NCBI GenBank assembly: GCA_950097015.1
Contig: CATNEN010000038.1
Span: 12,586,001 to 12,650,000 of the forward strand
DNA: 64,000 bases
Direction of reading: 5' to 3'
Origin: Macrostomum hystrix
Taxonomy: Eukaryota > Animalia > Platyhelminthes
Numbering within the stretch: the first letter of the stretch is position 1; the number at the start of each line of letters is the position of its first letter. The translations under genes and the position numbers were made by a program. Of this stretch, positions 35,311-49,600 are shown piece after piece. Below the pieces are notes generated by a model. The model did not search any database. It saw only the letters and a program-made list of their open reading frames with translations, and was not told where the DNA came from.

Positions 35311-36584
35311 TGGCAACGGCTGAGGATGACGCCGCCTGTTTCAGACGGTGAACAATGTGCCGACAATTCTGCAAGGTAAGAATAGTGTAAATGCACTATA
35401 AAAACTAATTTAGCACTCTCCAGCAAGAGCAATACTGCATTATTTATTGGAGAGTGAGAAAGTTTTATTAACCGCCAAACACTAGCTGCAAAAGTAAAAA
35501 GATTCGAACAGGGAAAAATGGAATAAATCTGGCGTTCCTCTGGTCAATAAAAAGCCAGTTAGGAAACCAAAGCGATAGAATATAAAATATATTATAAGAA
35601 ATGGGGGGGCGAATCTCACAGGCATCATAAATTGCGGATTTCTCCTTAGCGCTGAGACCAATTCATTCTGGCGGGATGAAAAAACCGTGGACTAAAAAAA
35701 ATAACTCCCTCATTCTCCCATGGGAAAATTCGATTGAGGGAACAAGACCGCTAATCCACCCACTCACTCTTATGCCAATAAAATCGGGTGAACTTGGGAT
35801 GACATTAAGTATAAACAAACCGAGTAGAAATGCTTAGCAATAAATAGCGCCGCCTTTATTGTAACAGCTATACAATAGACTTTATAAGAGATTTCTGATG
35901 GAGACGTCGGGAGTTCGAATTTCAGCCAATGAGAAGCAATTTGCGTGTTTTGATTAAGAGAAAGTTATTCGATTCCCGATTGTTTGAATCCGAGAGAGAG
36001 TGGGGCAGAGATTTGGGTGGGTGTGGCGGACTTCACTGTCCACAGACTAAGCAGTTGTACACACCCAGGCTGTACATCAGGCTGTACATGAGCTTGGTGT
36101 AATGAAATAACGAGGCTTAAAGCACAATAGCTTATCCTTAAGTATATATTAGATGATGCGTTTGGCTATATGAGAAAATTTGCACTCGTTGCCACGGGTT
36201 ACTGGGAGAAGATGGGCTTAAAAATAGAGGGACATATTTACACCCGGCAAATCACTGGCCAGTTGGAAAGTTGTTTGTGAACTAATATGCATTGAGAAGT
36301 GGTAGGCGCCTAGTTCAGTGAGAAACTGCATGGAAGAGAAGAGAAGAAAATTCAATCAAGACTCAGCAGAGCCATTGAGAACTCGATGCCCAAGCCGGCT
36401 TGACTGGCCGCGTGGAATTTTCAGGATTTTCAGCCAGAGAGAAACGGATGGATTTGAGCCAAACAGAAAGGGAATTTATGGGTGTGGCACTCCGCTAACT
36501 GAAAGCCATAGGGCAGGCTATTCAGGACTGAGATTTCGGAACAATGCCAGTTACGCACGCAATTTATGCCGCGTACAAGGAGAC

Positions 36585-36840
36585 TGGGGAGAGAATGAGG
36601 GAGAGCAAGGGGAGAAAATGAAGAAGAGCAAGGGGAGAGAATGAAGGAGCGGAAAGGAGAGAAAATAGGAGAAAGGGGAGAAAATGAAGGAGAAAGGGGA
36701 GAGAATGAAGGAGATGAAAGCAGAGAGATGGAAGGAGCGAAAGAGGACAATGCAGGAGAGGAAGGAGAAAATGAGGGAGAGGAAAGCAGAAAATGAGGGA
36801 GATGAAGGGGAGAGAATCAATGAGCGGAAAGGGGAACAGA
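36585..36840. repeat. GA-rich low-complexity repeat
   Basis: ggggagagaatgaaggag-like units. Confidence 0.75.
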
Positions 36841-37539
36841 ATGAGATTTAAAAATGATGCAGAAAGAATGAGAATAAGAAATATGAATAAGCTAGGTCGT
36901 AGTGAGACACCCAGTAGAACATAACGTGGCGCAGAAAAAAGGACGATAATCGAAACGAATTTTAGAGGGGATAAAAATGAAAAATCGGGTCACAGAGAGT
37001 GCCAAATCGGGGATTAAAAGCCCCCAAAATGCGGGCCTAGGGTTCCAGGTAAATTTGACGTGAGCCCTTGCTGAGACGGGGCGGAGCACGCGAACAGATT
37101 TATTTAAGGCAAGCTAAACGGACAGAATAGTTTCAATCAGCAGCACCAGCGAGCAAGTTTCTGACTAAGCATGCTGACGCTGTTAGGCCTATAATGAAAC
37201 ACACAGAAACCCGCAGAGAATTCACCGAATCCATAATACATTTGTGCCCGGCTTTCAGAGTTGGGTCTGTCCGGCACGGAGACACGAGACAAACAAAGAT
37301 AATGGCATGGCAAGCAGCTAGAGTTGACATTTGCCATGAAAGCTTTAATCCATCAATGTTTTTTTCTGTGCCTGTCCGATCAGAGCATTGCTCAATCGGC
37401 CAGTGGCGGTCAATTTTCATCAGCCAACCAGCCATCCCTCCATCTACGCAATTGAATAGAAAGAATTTACTGCTAGGGAAATTAAAGCAGGCAGACCAAT
37501 TGCATTAGTCCGGGACAGACCAGATGACACGCGCAACTA

Positions 37540-37601
<62 letters not shown>
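37540..37601. repeat. (CTG)n microsatellite
   Basis: ~20 CTG units with one interruption. Confidence 0.95.
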
Positions 37602-40600
37602 GTGCAGGAAATCAGAGTCATTTGCCAATACCAAGTGGAAAAGCTGGGAAATGGCCAACCCATTGCTAAAGAAGAAAACAAGAACATTTGGGAGTGAAGC
37701 AAGGCACGGGAGAAACCTATCGGAGACAAGAAGTCTGCATCGTCCTCTGCATTATTGCGCAGGTATTCACGAGGCAAAAAGCCACTTCACAATGGAGACT
37801 CATTTGAGCTGTGGCGCGGAGGCACACTAGAGGGAGGGGAGTAGTCATCATCGCATTAAACATCGTCATTGATTTCTTTTAGCTCAGTGTTTCCTCTACT
37901 CAGTTTTCCACATAGGGCCAGGCCCCTGTAATCGCTAAGCTGGTCTGAGTCCAATGTGAAGAATGGAGGGCATTTGAGTTCTTGACTGAACTATGACGCT
38001 AAGAAACACAAGAGCACACAGTTAGGCTAGCACAAAGGACAAGCTACACCATTCTAGTGTTGCTTTTACCTCGTATATCAAACCGTATATCCAAAATGAT
38101 TGCGTTGCCATTGAAGCATAGCAGTCTCATTATCACCTTTGACTATTTAGACTGCTGAGCGGCAATGCTCAACCTGTCAAATCTGCCAACATCAACCCCT
38201 TAGTAAGATAGTATGATGATGAGGAAGGGGATATAAAAGGGGCAACACGAGCCGCTATCGGGTATTTTGTATATAGCCAGCTATCATAGATTTGGCTTCA
38301 GTGCGGTGCATGTGTGTGTGTGTGTGTGTTAAGTATGTGAGCCACGTTCTGTGCCAATGACGGGTCCCGAATCAATAGTCAATTGCTACAGATGCACGCC
38401 GCAATGATGCAAGCACAGTGAAGCTAGTATGCAAGATAGAGACAAAAAATCACCGAATCATCTGCTCGGGCCGCGGCAAGGCAAGGACAGGAAACCGAAG
38501 AGGACAGAGCGGAGGCAGACAGGGGGAGCGGGGCCGGTCCCTATGTATAAAATACACGCTTGCATACATATATAAAAAGGCTTTTTACACGCGCGCGACA
38601 CATAATAAATCGGGTAAGGGGGGAGGACGCTGAGCTTAAATCCCTTGGCTAAGCCAGGCGAGATAGAATCTGTGTGCGCGAGTTGAGTATAAGCAAGCGA
38701 GTCAGCAGTCAACTTTGCCAGAGAAGAACAGCCTCATCTTCAGCACCAGTCGTAGCTCTCAGTGAAGAGACAGGGAGACACAGAGAGAAACGGAACAATA
38801 AACTTAGGCCAGAATTTGCAGTCCCATTAGCAGCTCAGCTTTTTTGATGCTGGCATATGGCAATACAAAATAATTGGCACTGGAAGCTGAGCACTTTGCA
38901 GTAAATCTAAACTGCTGGGAGCAGATAATTAACAACACAGATTTGATTACTAGTACCGCCTCAGCATAGACAAATCAGTAGGCAGAACAATGGCATTTTA
39001 TATCCACGATTTGCTAAAACTCAACTCGGGACAATCTCACTTTTTGTTTCACTGAAATCCAAACATGGAAGTGCCAGATTTTTTACTGCTCTGAATTTAG
39101 CCAAACAAATGTAATACGAAAAATCGAAATTCTGAAAGCAGAAAGAGGCTGTAAAAAATTGCTGCTTGCAAAAGTGAGCAAACATTATCGCAATCTACTG
39201 GCTTCCCCGCAGCTTCCCCAGGGCCGAATGACACCTTTTAAGGAGAAATAGGTAGGAAAGGCATCGGAGGATGAACTCCTGCCGCTGAGAGAAAATCCTC
39301 ATCTGAAATCAATCTTTCTATGTTGGAGCCGCTCAGGGCAGCTCTGAAACTGTCTAAGGGGAGTTTTCCCCTATCGTCCTACACAGGGCCACTCTCTTCT
39401 TCTTTCGCTGCCCTGAGTAAGTCGGTAAAAATGGACTCAACTCCCTCAGGTGTCAGCGAGGCTAAGCGAGGCGCTGCGGATAGAAAGAAGAGGATTTTCT
39501 CTGAGCGGGAATTGAAGGAAAATGAGTGAGAAAAATCAATACATCCGTGATGAGGATAATGATGCTGATGATAATTAAGGCTATCGAGGAGAGTCCTAGA
39601 GATGGGCGAGCGGTTTCATATTCAATATTTGCTAGCTTCTTCTTTTCAGAGCGTCGATTAGAAGCCATGTTATTAAAAACTAATATATTTGTGACAGAGT
39701 TGATCATTTTTGCATAATACATCATTGATGTCTAATTGAGCAGAAATTTATCGTCACGTGCCGCTTGATGTGTTTTGAGATACCTCCCTTAACGACTACA
39801 CAATATGGTTTGGTTAGTTTTAGCATGCATGAGAGCAATCGAATAAGATTGCGTCCGAATGCAAGCCCGGCTTGCAATATTATAGGAATGAGCTCAGATG
39901 GCATGGGAAATAAAAAGCAGTGCACAATAAGCCGCCAACCAGATTTACCAAACGAAGCCCAGCCCTGCCAGCGAGGCAATATCCCAAAGCCTCCCTAAAG
40001 ACCCAGCACAATCTGCCGCAGGCAATGGAAGCGTTTAATCTAATGCTCGCGACATTCTCATTCTCTGGCATTGCTCGCAAAGACATCCTCGTAACACTTT
40101 GTCCGGCAGCGGTCTTCATTCGATCCTGCTTCCCGCACATGTGCCTTCCTCCTCTCTGCAATCGGGAGAGAAAGCAAAAACTGAGAAGGCCTGCAAGGCA
40201 GACAGTTGAGAACTGATTAATGACGACAATTTCTGGTACTGCTCTCGATTCTGTCCATTTCGCTCTGAAAAATTGACCAGTTTCAGCTTCTGGTGGTGGA
40301 AAGCGGGAATGGTTGGCCGCAGCATGGGAAGATTGCTCGCTCTGTCTCTCTACTGGCGCTTATGTCTATGCAGAAAATCGATCAATTGAAAAGGAAAAAA
40401 ATCGGAGCTAAACCGACTTCATTTATTTTTCTCATTCCATTTCTACCTCTCGCCTGAACCCAGAGTAGTCCCTCCATCTCTTGTAGAACGCACACATCCT
40501 TGAATGCTTCTCTTGCCATTTTTCCACTTCTATATTTCTGCTTGAGCAGGCACAAGTGTAACCAAGTGTCTTCTGAAGATGCGGCATCGGCGGCGGCGAG

Positions 40601-43600
40601 GTTTAGTTAAAAAGGCCGCTTAGAGACTAAGGTAACCGCCTTCTCAGAAGTGAGACTTAAGCGGCTAATGTAGCAAGCTGCAATCCGTGTGTTTTTCAGT
40701 GTGCGAGCAGTCAGCAGAAATCCTATCAGCTCTATCCACTGAAGCGTTACTCACATCCGAGAATAATCATCAAAGATATACTCGTATTTTAAAGAGACGC
40801 CTGTGATTAAAAGCAAGGCAGATTTAAGCTGAGAATTCCAATTAAAACCGATAGAGAGCTTACAGGTTGTGATAAGCGCGAAATATTTTCTGGATTCTAT
40901 TCTCTTCTAGTTGTAAAATTGCGAGTTTATCAGCAAGAACGCCATCAAATAGAATAGCCGAGCTAGAACACAAATTGGAATAACCGGTCCTAAATATTTA
41001 CTGTGTACTTCTTCACATTGTAATGCGAGTCGACATGCTCAGTCCACTCATTTCGATAAGAAGCTAACCAGAAATTTCCCATCGGCGATTATGTTTTCAT
41101 GGTAAAGCTGAGACAAACGCGCAGACTGGCCAAATTATAGTAAGAATCTAATTCTTGCAATAAGAATTAGAATAAGAATCTAATTGTACTCGTACCAGAA
41201 CACTCATTGTAGCGAGCGCGATTTAGTCTGGTTTCCAACCATTAAAAGGAGGCAGGTCATATGATACCGCCTAACTAGACTCAGCAACTCAACCATTAGC
41301 CAGCAGACATTGGATTGCTACACAGCAATGATACAGCTGAGTGGGATAAAAACGGTTCAAAGCAAACATCTAAACTGCTGCCACTTCGCTCAGCAGTAAA
41401 TTTGCACCTCTAAGCCAGGTGTCGCTTGCATAATAATCCGGAGATGGACTTGAAGCAGCAATTATTTTATCCGTACTTTATATTTGAGAATTGTGAGGAC
41501 TTCCAAAATGCGCTAGAAATTCAACTAGTTGTTGAAATTAGCGAGTGCAGTTCACGGCGCGGTGAGTCAAGCAGGCTATTTTCGATGAGTCAAGCGAGCC
41601 GCATGAGAAGAAAGAAGTTTGACACCGCTGGCAGTGGACTAGGTACCCTCCTTAAAATGCGTTAACACAAAAAGAGGCATTGTGAAGCCCCCAGCATCCT
41701 CACTCAAGCCTGATAGAGCAACGAAAGCAAGCCAGAAAACACGGGACACTGCGGCTCCATGCAGTACTAGCAGCAGCAGCAGCGAGACTTTAATAGCGGA
41801 AGAAGCCTAAGCCGTGCCAGGAAGCGAATTCCAATGGGGCGGTAGGGATGAACAGAATGGGGATCAGAGACGAGTGGATGGTAGGGAGGGCAGGGACTTC
41901 CCCCTCCACATGATGATAAAGAGTGCGACATAAACGAGAGTGAATGAGGAAGAGGTGGTGGCAGAATAAGGGGGTGCAGAACCGGGACAAGAGGCAGAAC
42001 TAGTATAAGAGCCAGGTCCTCACCCCCAAAGCAGAAGGGCAGCAATTTTAATCACATCCGGTTGGTGAAAAGCGGCCAGACTCTCGCTCATCCAGCTGGA
42101 TGAGAACTGGCGAAGGAGTGGGCTGCATACAGAGAGTGAGAGTGGGTTAACAGTAAAGAGAGAATGATTGCCAAATAGCCTGGAGAGCATTTAATCCCAA
42201 AACAAATGCAAACTTCGCTCCCGGGTTTAGCCAGAGCGTTGGCCTCAGGTAGGGACAGGGTTAGAGAGAGATTGCAGACTAGTGGAAAACATTATTGCCA
42301 GATGAGGTCGAGCAATAAATTGGCATGGCTTCCCGCATGGTCGAAGCATGCAAAGTGCATTGATCAAAATCTAGCAGCTTAGCGAGAGAAATCATTTCTT
42401 CTTTTATCCCTCCCTGCAAAGCTAAGCACTACATAGTGAGAACGCTGTGATGCAACTCTGGCCGGACAAGCCAGGCCAGAAGACGTTGGATAGGCAGTAT
42501 GTAACATTGGGTACAAACTGTTGGGTCAGTCTTAAATTAAATTACAGATAAAGGCAGGCCATTCCACTAGGACTAAAGCCGGCATTGGCACCAGTCAGGC
42601 GAAATTGGCTGCCAACAGCGAGACCTAAGCAATGGGCATATAAAAAAGGCATGGAGAATAAGAGGCGAGGGGGGGAGAAAAAAAGTCCTCTAGGATCGAT
42701 TTGGCCAGGCCTTCGAGCAGTTTCGCAGCCATCTCTCTAGTCTAGCTCTCTCTTACTGGGCCTATTCACTTGCTATCGCAGCAGCAGGAGGAGGAACCAA
42801 CGAAACGGGATCCTCTTGACCCCGAAGCAAGAAAGCTAGCTAAGTTCGATAAAAAAAGAGGGCAGGAGTAGAAGTTAGTCCGCCGCAGCTATTCAAGAAC
42901 GCAAGATGCGAATGAATGATATCCGGAGGACGGAGGAAAAGAACTTGAAAGAGCGTGTGATAGAATTTCCAGACATTAGATAAGAAGGCAAGTGAGATAA
43001 TAAACTATGCTATCTGATAAAAAAAACTGCACCAGAGAGTCGCTAAGCGCTGAGCTGCTGGCATCGCCAAGGGGTCAAGGCGCCACTTTAGTAGGCTGAA
43101 GCGCGGCCTCGTATCTACTAAAGTTTTGAGTAGCTCAGCTAAAGAAGCCTGGCAGGCTGCTGGTGCAGAATGGGGCAATCTCTGGGGGATTATCATCTAG
43201 TTGCAGATATAAGCTGGTCTATCAAGCCTAGTTACTCGATCCTTCGAAGGGTCGTGACCCTCATTGAACTGCATTGATAGTATCGCAGGAGGCTAGGAAA
43301 TAGAACTCCGTGGTCGATATAAAACTTTTGTTTCCTTCATACAGACATAAATAAACTCTTATTTTTATTCCCAGAATTCGAATTACTATTGAACTTTCGA
43401 TTAAAAGAATCTTCCATTTATTGCTTAACAATAATAACAACACTGATAATAACAACAAGAGTGACAATGTTACTCGTCTAATATAGCAAACCCATTGACG
43501 ACTAGCTGGGCAGTAAAATAGACCGAGTTAAGTAGGTATTAGATAGAAACATCATTTTTACAGTGACAATATAACTGATTATGGTATCCCTAATGCAAAT

Positions 43601-46600
43601 GTCTAATACCTGCCGCCATCCCAAGAGGCACTTCTGCATACCTATCTCTATTAACAAGAGGCTTCGCTTGAGCTGCCGCGAGAGCTCAACTGTAAAAGTC
43701 TACTCAACGAACCGAAGCCCATAGTGCCATTGAGAACAAGAATTGGTGAGATTAGAAATCTAGCATAATATTGCCTAGACTTACATGGCTCTTTCTTAAA
43801 CAGAAAAGTCTAGAAAAGAGATTAGAGGAGAAAGAAAAGAGAAAGATACAGTACAGATACAGATATAGTACTAGCCAGACATTACGAAGAGAAGGAGAGA
43901 TAAGGATAAGGATAAATAGCAAGAGGAATATGGATAACGGAAAAGCGGAAGGGGAATGGCAGATTAACAGAACAGAAAGCTAGTTAGATTCTTTAGTGAT
44001 CGTTAGTGGCCATTAGTGGCTTATGATTTTTACAGTTATGGATTTTTAGAAAATTATGTGATCAGATATTATTCTCTAAAGGTGCACTAAATATTACCTA
44101 TGGCGATATTATTATTAACTCCTAAATTAAATTTCTTTTCACGATCGAAGACCAACGCAATAAAAGAAAGATGTACTTTAACCAGAAGAGAAGCACCTTA
44201 CATACAAATATAAAATTCAATCGGCTAAAATAGATTGGAAAATGCGATTCGCGCATTGTTATCAACAATCAGCATTTGCAGAAATCACTATTGTGCTCTA
44301 GTTTAATGTATGGCCATATTATATTATGGGCTAAAGCTGAATTTTTTATTCAAAAGACAAATAAAAAGATTGATAGACAGGTCCTCTGCTTGTGCATCCA
44401 TGTCTGAGATGAAAAGCCTTTTTGCATTAGATGGTGAGACAAAGAAATGCGAAGGGTGGGGCACTGTTGGCCCGCATTCAGACGATACGCTGAAAGCAGT
44501 AAGAAATTTCTAGGATGGACAGGCAGGCAAATAAAACAAAAAAACAACAGCAGCTTAGCGCAGGTAAATGAGCGGTGCCTCATTTTCTCGGAAGACCCTT
44601 TGGCTAGCTAGAGCTCTAAAGGTAAAAAGAAAGAAAGACAACCTGACAATTTTTCGCCTCACTTAATTATTGATTTCTTACTTTCTGGCCCCGCAAGAAG
44701 CCTACCGCCCATCCTACTTACTTCTCTTCTACTGCTCCGGGGCAAAGCTAACGGGGTCGGGGGAGGAGGCGGGCGAATAAAATAATAATAATGGCAATGA
44801 AGCGCTGACAGGACGCGGATGAAGGCAGAGATAAGCTAGATATATCGCCAGACCGCAGTGTCCATGCTATGCAGCTACTCCCCTAGATCCGCTTCCTATT
44901 AGCTGCTATTCTCATGCTTGATTTCTCTATCAATTCCACTATAAATATTATCAAAATAAATTATAAGAGAATTATAGAATACGAAAAGCTGCGCAGACTA
45001 GCAGTCTTTTTTCTTGACGCTCTCGCAGTTCAGTTCCTAAATCCTTTAGTTCTATAATAACTTTTTTCTTGTATTTGATGTTAAAGCCAAGTACAATAAA
45101 CTGGGTACCATCACTATAGCTGGAGTAGAATTTTGGATGTGTGTGGCGTCCCCCCAGTCCATGGACTGAATAGTTTATACGGAAGTTTTGGACTTGTGCC
45201 GCACAATAGCCACGGCTGTGCCAGTTGCAGTCAGGAAAACTAGCGAAACCTAGTCTCCAAAAATCATGTAGCATCTGCAGAGATTCGAAAAAGGAACAGT
45301 TAGACACACTTGGATTTGACACTGTCACTATTTTATGCTCTCAGATAGTAAGTAGTGAATTCATCAATAGGCCATGAAGACAACAATACAATGTCATTAG
45401 TCCATCCAGTTGGTACACACTGAAACAAAACAAGTCGATCAAAACAAATTCTTCTAGCTTTAATCCGTTTTAAGCCAAGCGAAACAAGACAGCTTTGGAG
45501 AAAAAACGCCACAGCAAGCGAAGCGGACAGAAAGCCGTTCTTCCTTCCGTTGCTAGACCGGAACCGACACGAGTATATCCATCTCTTACTCGGGCTCTAC
45601 ACTGCGGCAAGAACAAATTGCGGCACACGCTCCAAAAGCCTTCTCGCAGAGTATAGAGGGCGGAGTGATTGACGGAGTGCAGAAGCGGGTGTCTCCAGCT
45701 GCAGAACAACCGTCACCAAAATTCGCCCTTCGCCTCAGCCCTATTTCAGTCTGATGGCTTATATATCACGCGCACGCGCGCCAGGCCTCTATGAAGAGAG
45801 TAGACTGAGAGAAAGAAAAGAGATACAGACAGACAGAGAGAGACAGAGACAGAAGTTTCATAATTGCAGCCTCTGTGGGAACTTTGAATTAATAGCGAAC
45901 TAGCGGCTACTAGTGGCTTTAGTCGGCTAGAAGGCATAGGAAAAAAGATGGATTAAACGAGTATCGAGCCTAATGGGCAGATACTCAAACACTACTCCAG
46001 GCCGCTCTTATCCACTATCTCTCCTACCCACAACCGGATCCCCGAGGCTGTGGCAGATAAAATTAACTACCTGGCCTAGTACGATGAGGATGCCATTTAA
46101 TTACTAAGCTGGATACGAGACAGAGTCAGAGGCACGACACAGGCGGACAGGCGGACTCGAAATCTCAGGTGGGGAGAAGCATCGATGCGGCGGCGTGACT
46201 CACGCATGCAGACTGTGCTCTCTGACAAGATTTGAGAGGAATTCAAAAATGCTCAAAGCCTCTCACTATACAGTTGCAGCGTCGGCTGGCTTGAGTTTCG
46301 GACAGTCAATCAAGAAGGCGAATCGATTGCGTAACAGTGGGTAAAAAATTAACAATGCTAATAGTTAAACGCAATGCACAATCGCTATCAAATATATATT
46401 ATTGATTGGCAAGTTATAACTTCTTTCTCTTAGCCATTCCTTATGTTAAAGTCTACAGTTATTTCCAAAGCGGACTGAAAAAAACGCCTATACAGATGTT
46501 AAGTCACCAAGCGTAACATAGGCGTACGTAGAATAGGTGCTCTTTGTTCGATTGGAAATCTTTCGATTAAGCGTCTCCGTTGTGCCTGTATAACGCATCA

Positions 46601-49600
46601 AATGCGTCTCGTACAACGTACCAGTTTTTACCATTGGAATATCATATTGTAGATTTGTTTATGTATTGATGTTCTTTATGGCAGAATAACATCACATAAA
46701 ATAGCTACAGCACGAGACACACTGATTTAAGAACATGTAGTGTTAAAAGAACAAGACCGATGCAAACTGATGCAGCAAGGGTGCACACAGAAACTAGTGC
46801 AACTCATGGCAGATTGAAATGAGTTTCAGACTAGTTCGCCATAGCCTAAGCTAGAACATAGCGACAGGTGCTACCGGCTAGAAAGGAATTGAGAAGGAAC
46901 TGCGACCTGGGTCAACACAGTCTATCCGGATTCACCGCTAAACTAACTCGACAGGCAATCTGAGTCGTGGCAGCAGCGGAAGACAAGCCTATACTTCTCC
47001 TGTAGTATTTCAAGGACCAGAAATAAAACTGGTCGGCGGTCGCGGACAGCTGCACAAACGAATCCTGCGGCCTCTCCATTTCCATCCCAATTCATCCCTC
47101 CTACTTTTCGAGCTAATATCCCTATTTCTCAGTGAGCAGACAAAATCAGACGAAATCTAAATCCATAGATGCGAGCAGCGACAAACAATGCGATAGGATT
47201 TGATCCCGCCCACTCAACTGCTAGTAGGCAGTGTGTGCATATTTGTCTTTAATTTTGTCAATCGAGTCTAGCTAGAAGGGCAAATTCAGCTCTCCGCTTG
47301 CACAGTTTGCTGACGGGAGATTGGGAGAAGAGACGACGCTAAGTGAGGACACAGCCGCCCAGAGAGAGGGTGTGTGGGATGTCGGGCAGCAAGTGATGCG
47401 GCGTAGCAGGAAGCGGCAAGCTCTGAGAAGTCAGAGTGGGGAAGAGAAGCGTGCTTTTGTTAGGCTCACCCGCCGGGCGGGTGGGAGTAAGTGAAAGTGG
47501 CGTCGCATGAGCAACAAGCTTTGCTCTGTAAGTTCTTAACAAACTGGTCCAACCGGCGCGCTAATGCATGAAGAAGGGGATTTTTGAGCAGCCTGAGTGA
47601 ACAGAAGGGGGAAGGTTAGGGAGAAAGGAAAAGCGGCTACCGCTTCACTGCTGGCTGAAATCCGCGGGACCTTAATCCGACAGTCATCCAGAAGCGGCAG
47701 CATATATAAATATCGCATATTAGGAATGTCCGATGGCTTAAATTCCCCTCTCTATCTCTCCCTGTCTCAGCATCTCCACCTCACTCATCGAAGCGCTTTC
47801 GATTCAAGCGACTTCGCAGCGTACCGACGATGGCCAAGCCAGAGCTTCGCCCAGCCAAACCCGGCAAAGCCAAGAAAAAAATAAGAACACTCTTGAATTT
47901 ATGCAAATGCTCCCAGAGTCCTCATGGCCCTCAAAACCTACTCAAGCTGTCCGGTGCACTAACTCCGCCTCTCACCTATCTCTACGAGCCGTACAGTTAA
48001 CCATAAGCTGGCGGAGAAGATGAAGAAGCGGAGATGATAAAGCGGAGAAAATGAGAAACTAAATTGAGCTAGAGAAAGAGAATACTGTGGAGATGAAGTT
48101 TCTGATCCTTCAGGCCAAGCCTCTCTAGTTCAGCTTCCAAGACCTCAGTCAGTGGGGCCAGTAGGGAAAAAATAGGAAATGAGATTGAGGGCAGCAGGCG
48201 CGGAGACAGCGCATGGGAGACCCCTCGGGCAGCGCAGTCAAGATCTTTTGTAACCCTTCACCGTCTACCACCCATTCTCCGTCCAGACTGGCCCGTGACC
48301 CGCCCCCCTCCAACCCTCAAACTGTGGTGGCAATGGTCCTAGTCCCGACGTTTTAATAAAGTCAACTGCCTGCCCGCCCGCTCCTCAAATCCCCATCATC
48401 CGAGGCAGCACCGGAATACGCTTGGTCGCTGGGTGCTGCACAATTATTAAGGGTGGAATAGCCAGATCTCAACTAGAGAAGCGATTTTAGCTTACAACCA
48501 ACTCACCAGTCAGGAAATCAAATCCAAAATGAACTCTAAGAGGAAAAAATTGCTGACCTCACTTATAGGTACTTATACGAGTATATTTAAATATAGGAAT
48601 TCAGTATTTAATATTGACACTCACCGCGAACTTGTCGGCTATTGGACTATTTGTGCTTGTAGTTATACAGGTAGTTGGATATTAAGACTTGACTCAGCTT
48701 CCACCCGGAGACAATTAGACTTAACACTTTCAGCGAGGAATTATATTTCTTAATTCTTGTCTACAGATTTGTGAAAAGCTTCTAATATATCTACTGGCAA
48801 GCGTTTGCTGACTGACTGGTAGTTGTAAAATAATGCGACTCTCATACAAGGCCGCGACAGAGATGGCGAATGAGAGAAAAAACAAATATAGGGAAATTGT
48901 ATAGTGGCCTGGGGTGGGTGAATGGATAGGGAGAGAAGTAAGATTTGCAGCAGGCAGCACCGCAGCGATTGGGGGAGGAAAAGGTTTTTGCGGGTGGGGA
49001 GGCGGGCGAGATCCAGTTGGGCGAGGGGTGGCTGGCGAGGCAAATGGGACTTGATGGAATTGATGCGGCTGTCTGTCTCACGCGCTCTAAGCGTCAGCAA
49101 CCAAGATAAGGTGATACGGTGGACTGGGAAGACGGGCCCGTCTCTATAACTCTTTATACTCCATTCCTATCGGCCCAGCCTCTCCTAGCTACTCCTGCTC
49201 CCCATTCTCTCTGTCTCTCGATTACATTAAAGCCCCTTGCCTTTCTCCTTCTCTGGTCTGGTCTCACAGGCGGCAGCCACCTCCATGCCTCCTCCTTCCA
49301 TCTCTCTGGCTGCACCCTGGCTACCAGCCCGACACACAACTGGCCGCAGGAGAGGCTAGGGGGCGGGGCAAGTCCGAGGTGGGATTTGGGATTTCTGAGG
49401 CAAGGTCGGAACAGCCAATGGCAGCCGGGTCAGGCCTCATCAGGCGGCACCATCTTACTGCAGCCAATACACTCTGGACTACTCGCACCAGCTAGCACGC
49501 GTCGCACATGCCGGACAGACTGGGAGAGACACCAAGAGGGGGCGGCGGCGGCGGCGGCGACGGCGGTGGAGCGGCGCGGGCTCGACATGCCCTAGTAGAC

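Noticed and set aside
36188-36202. X-box-like GTTGCCACGGGTTAC
   Set aside because: Mismatch in the second half-site and no defined TSS nearby.
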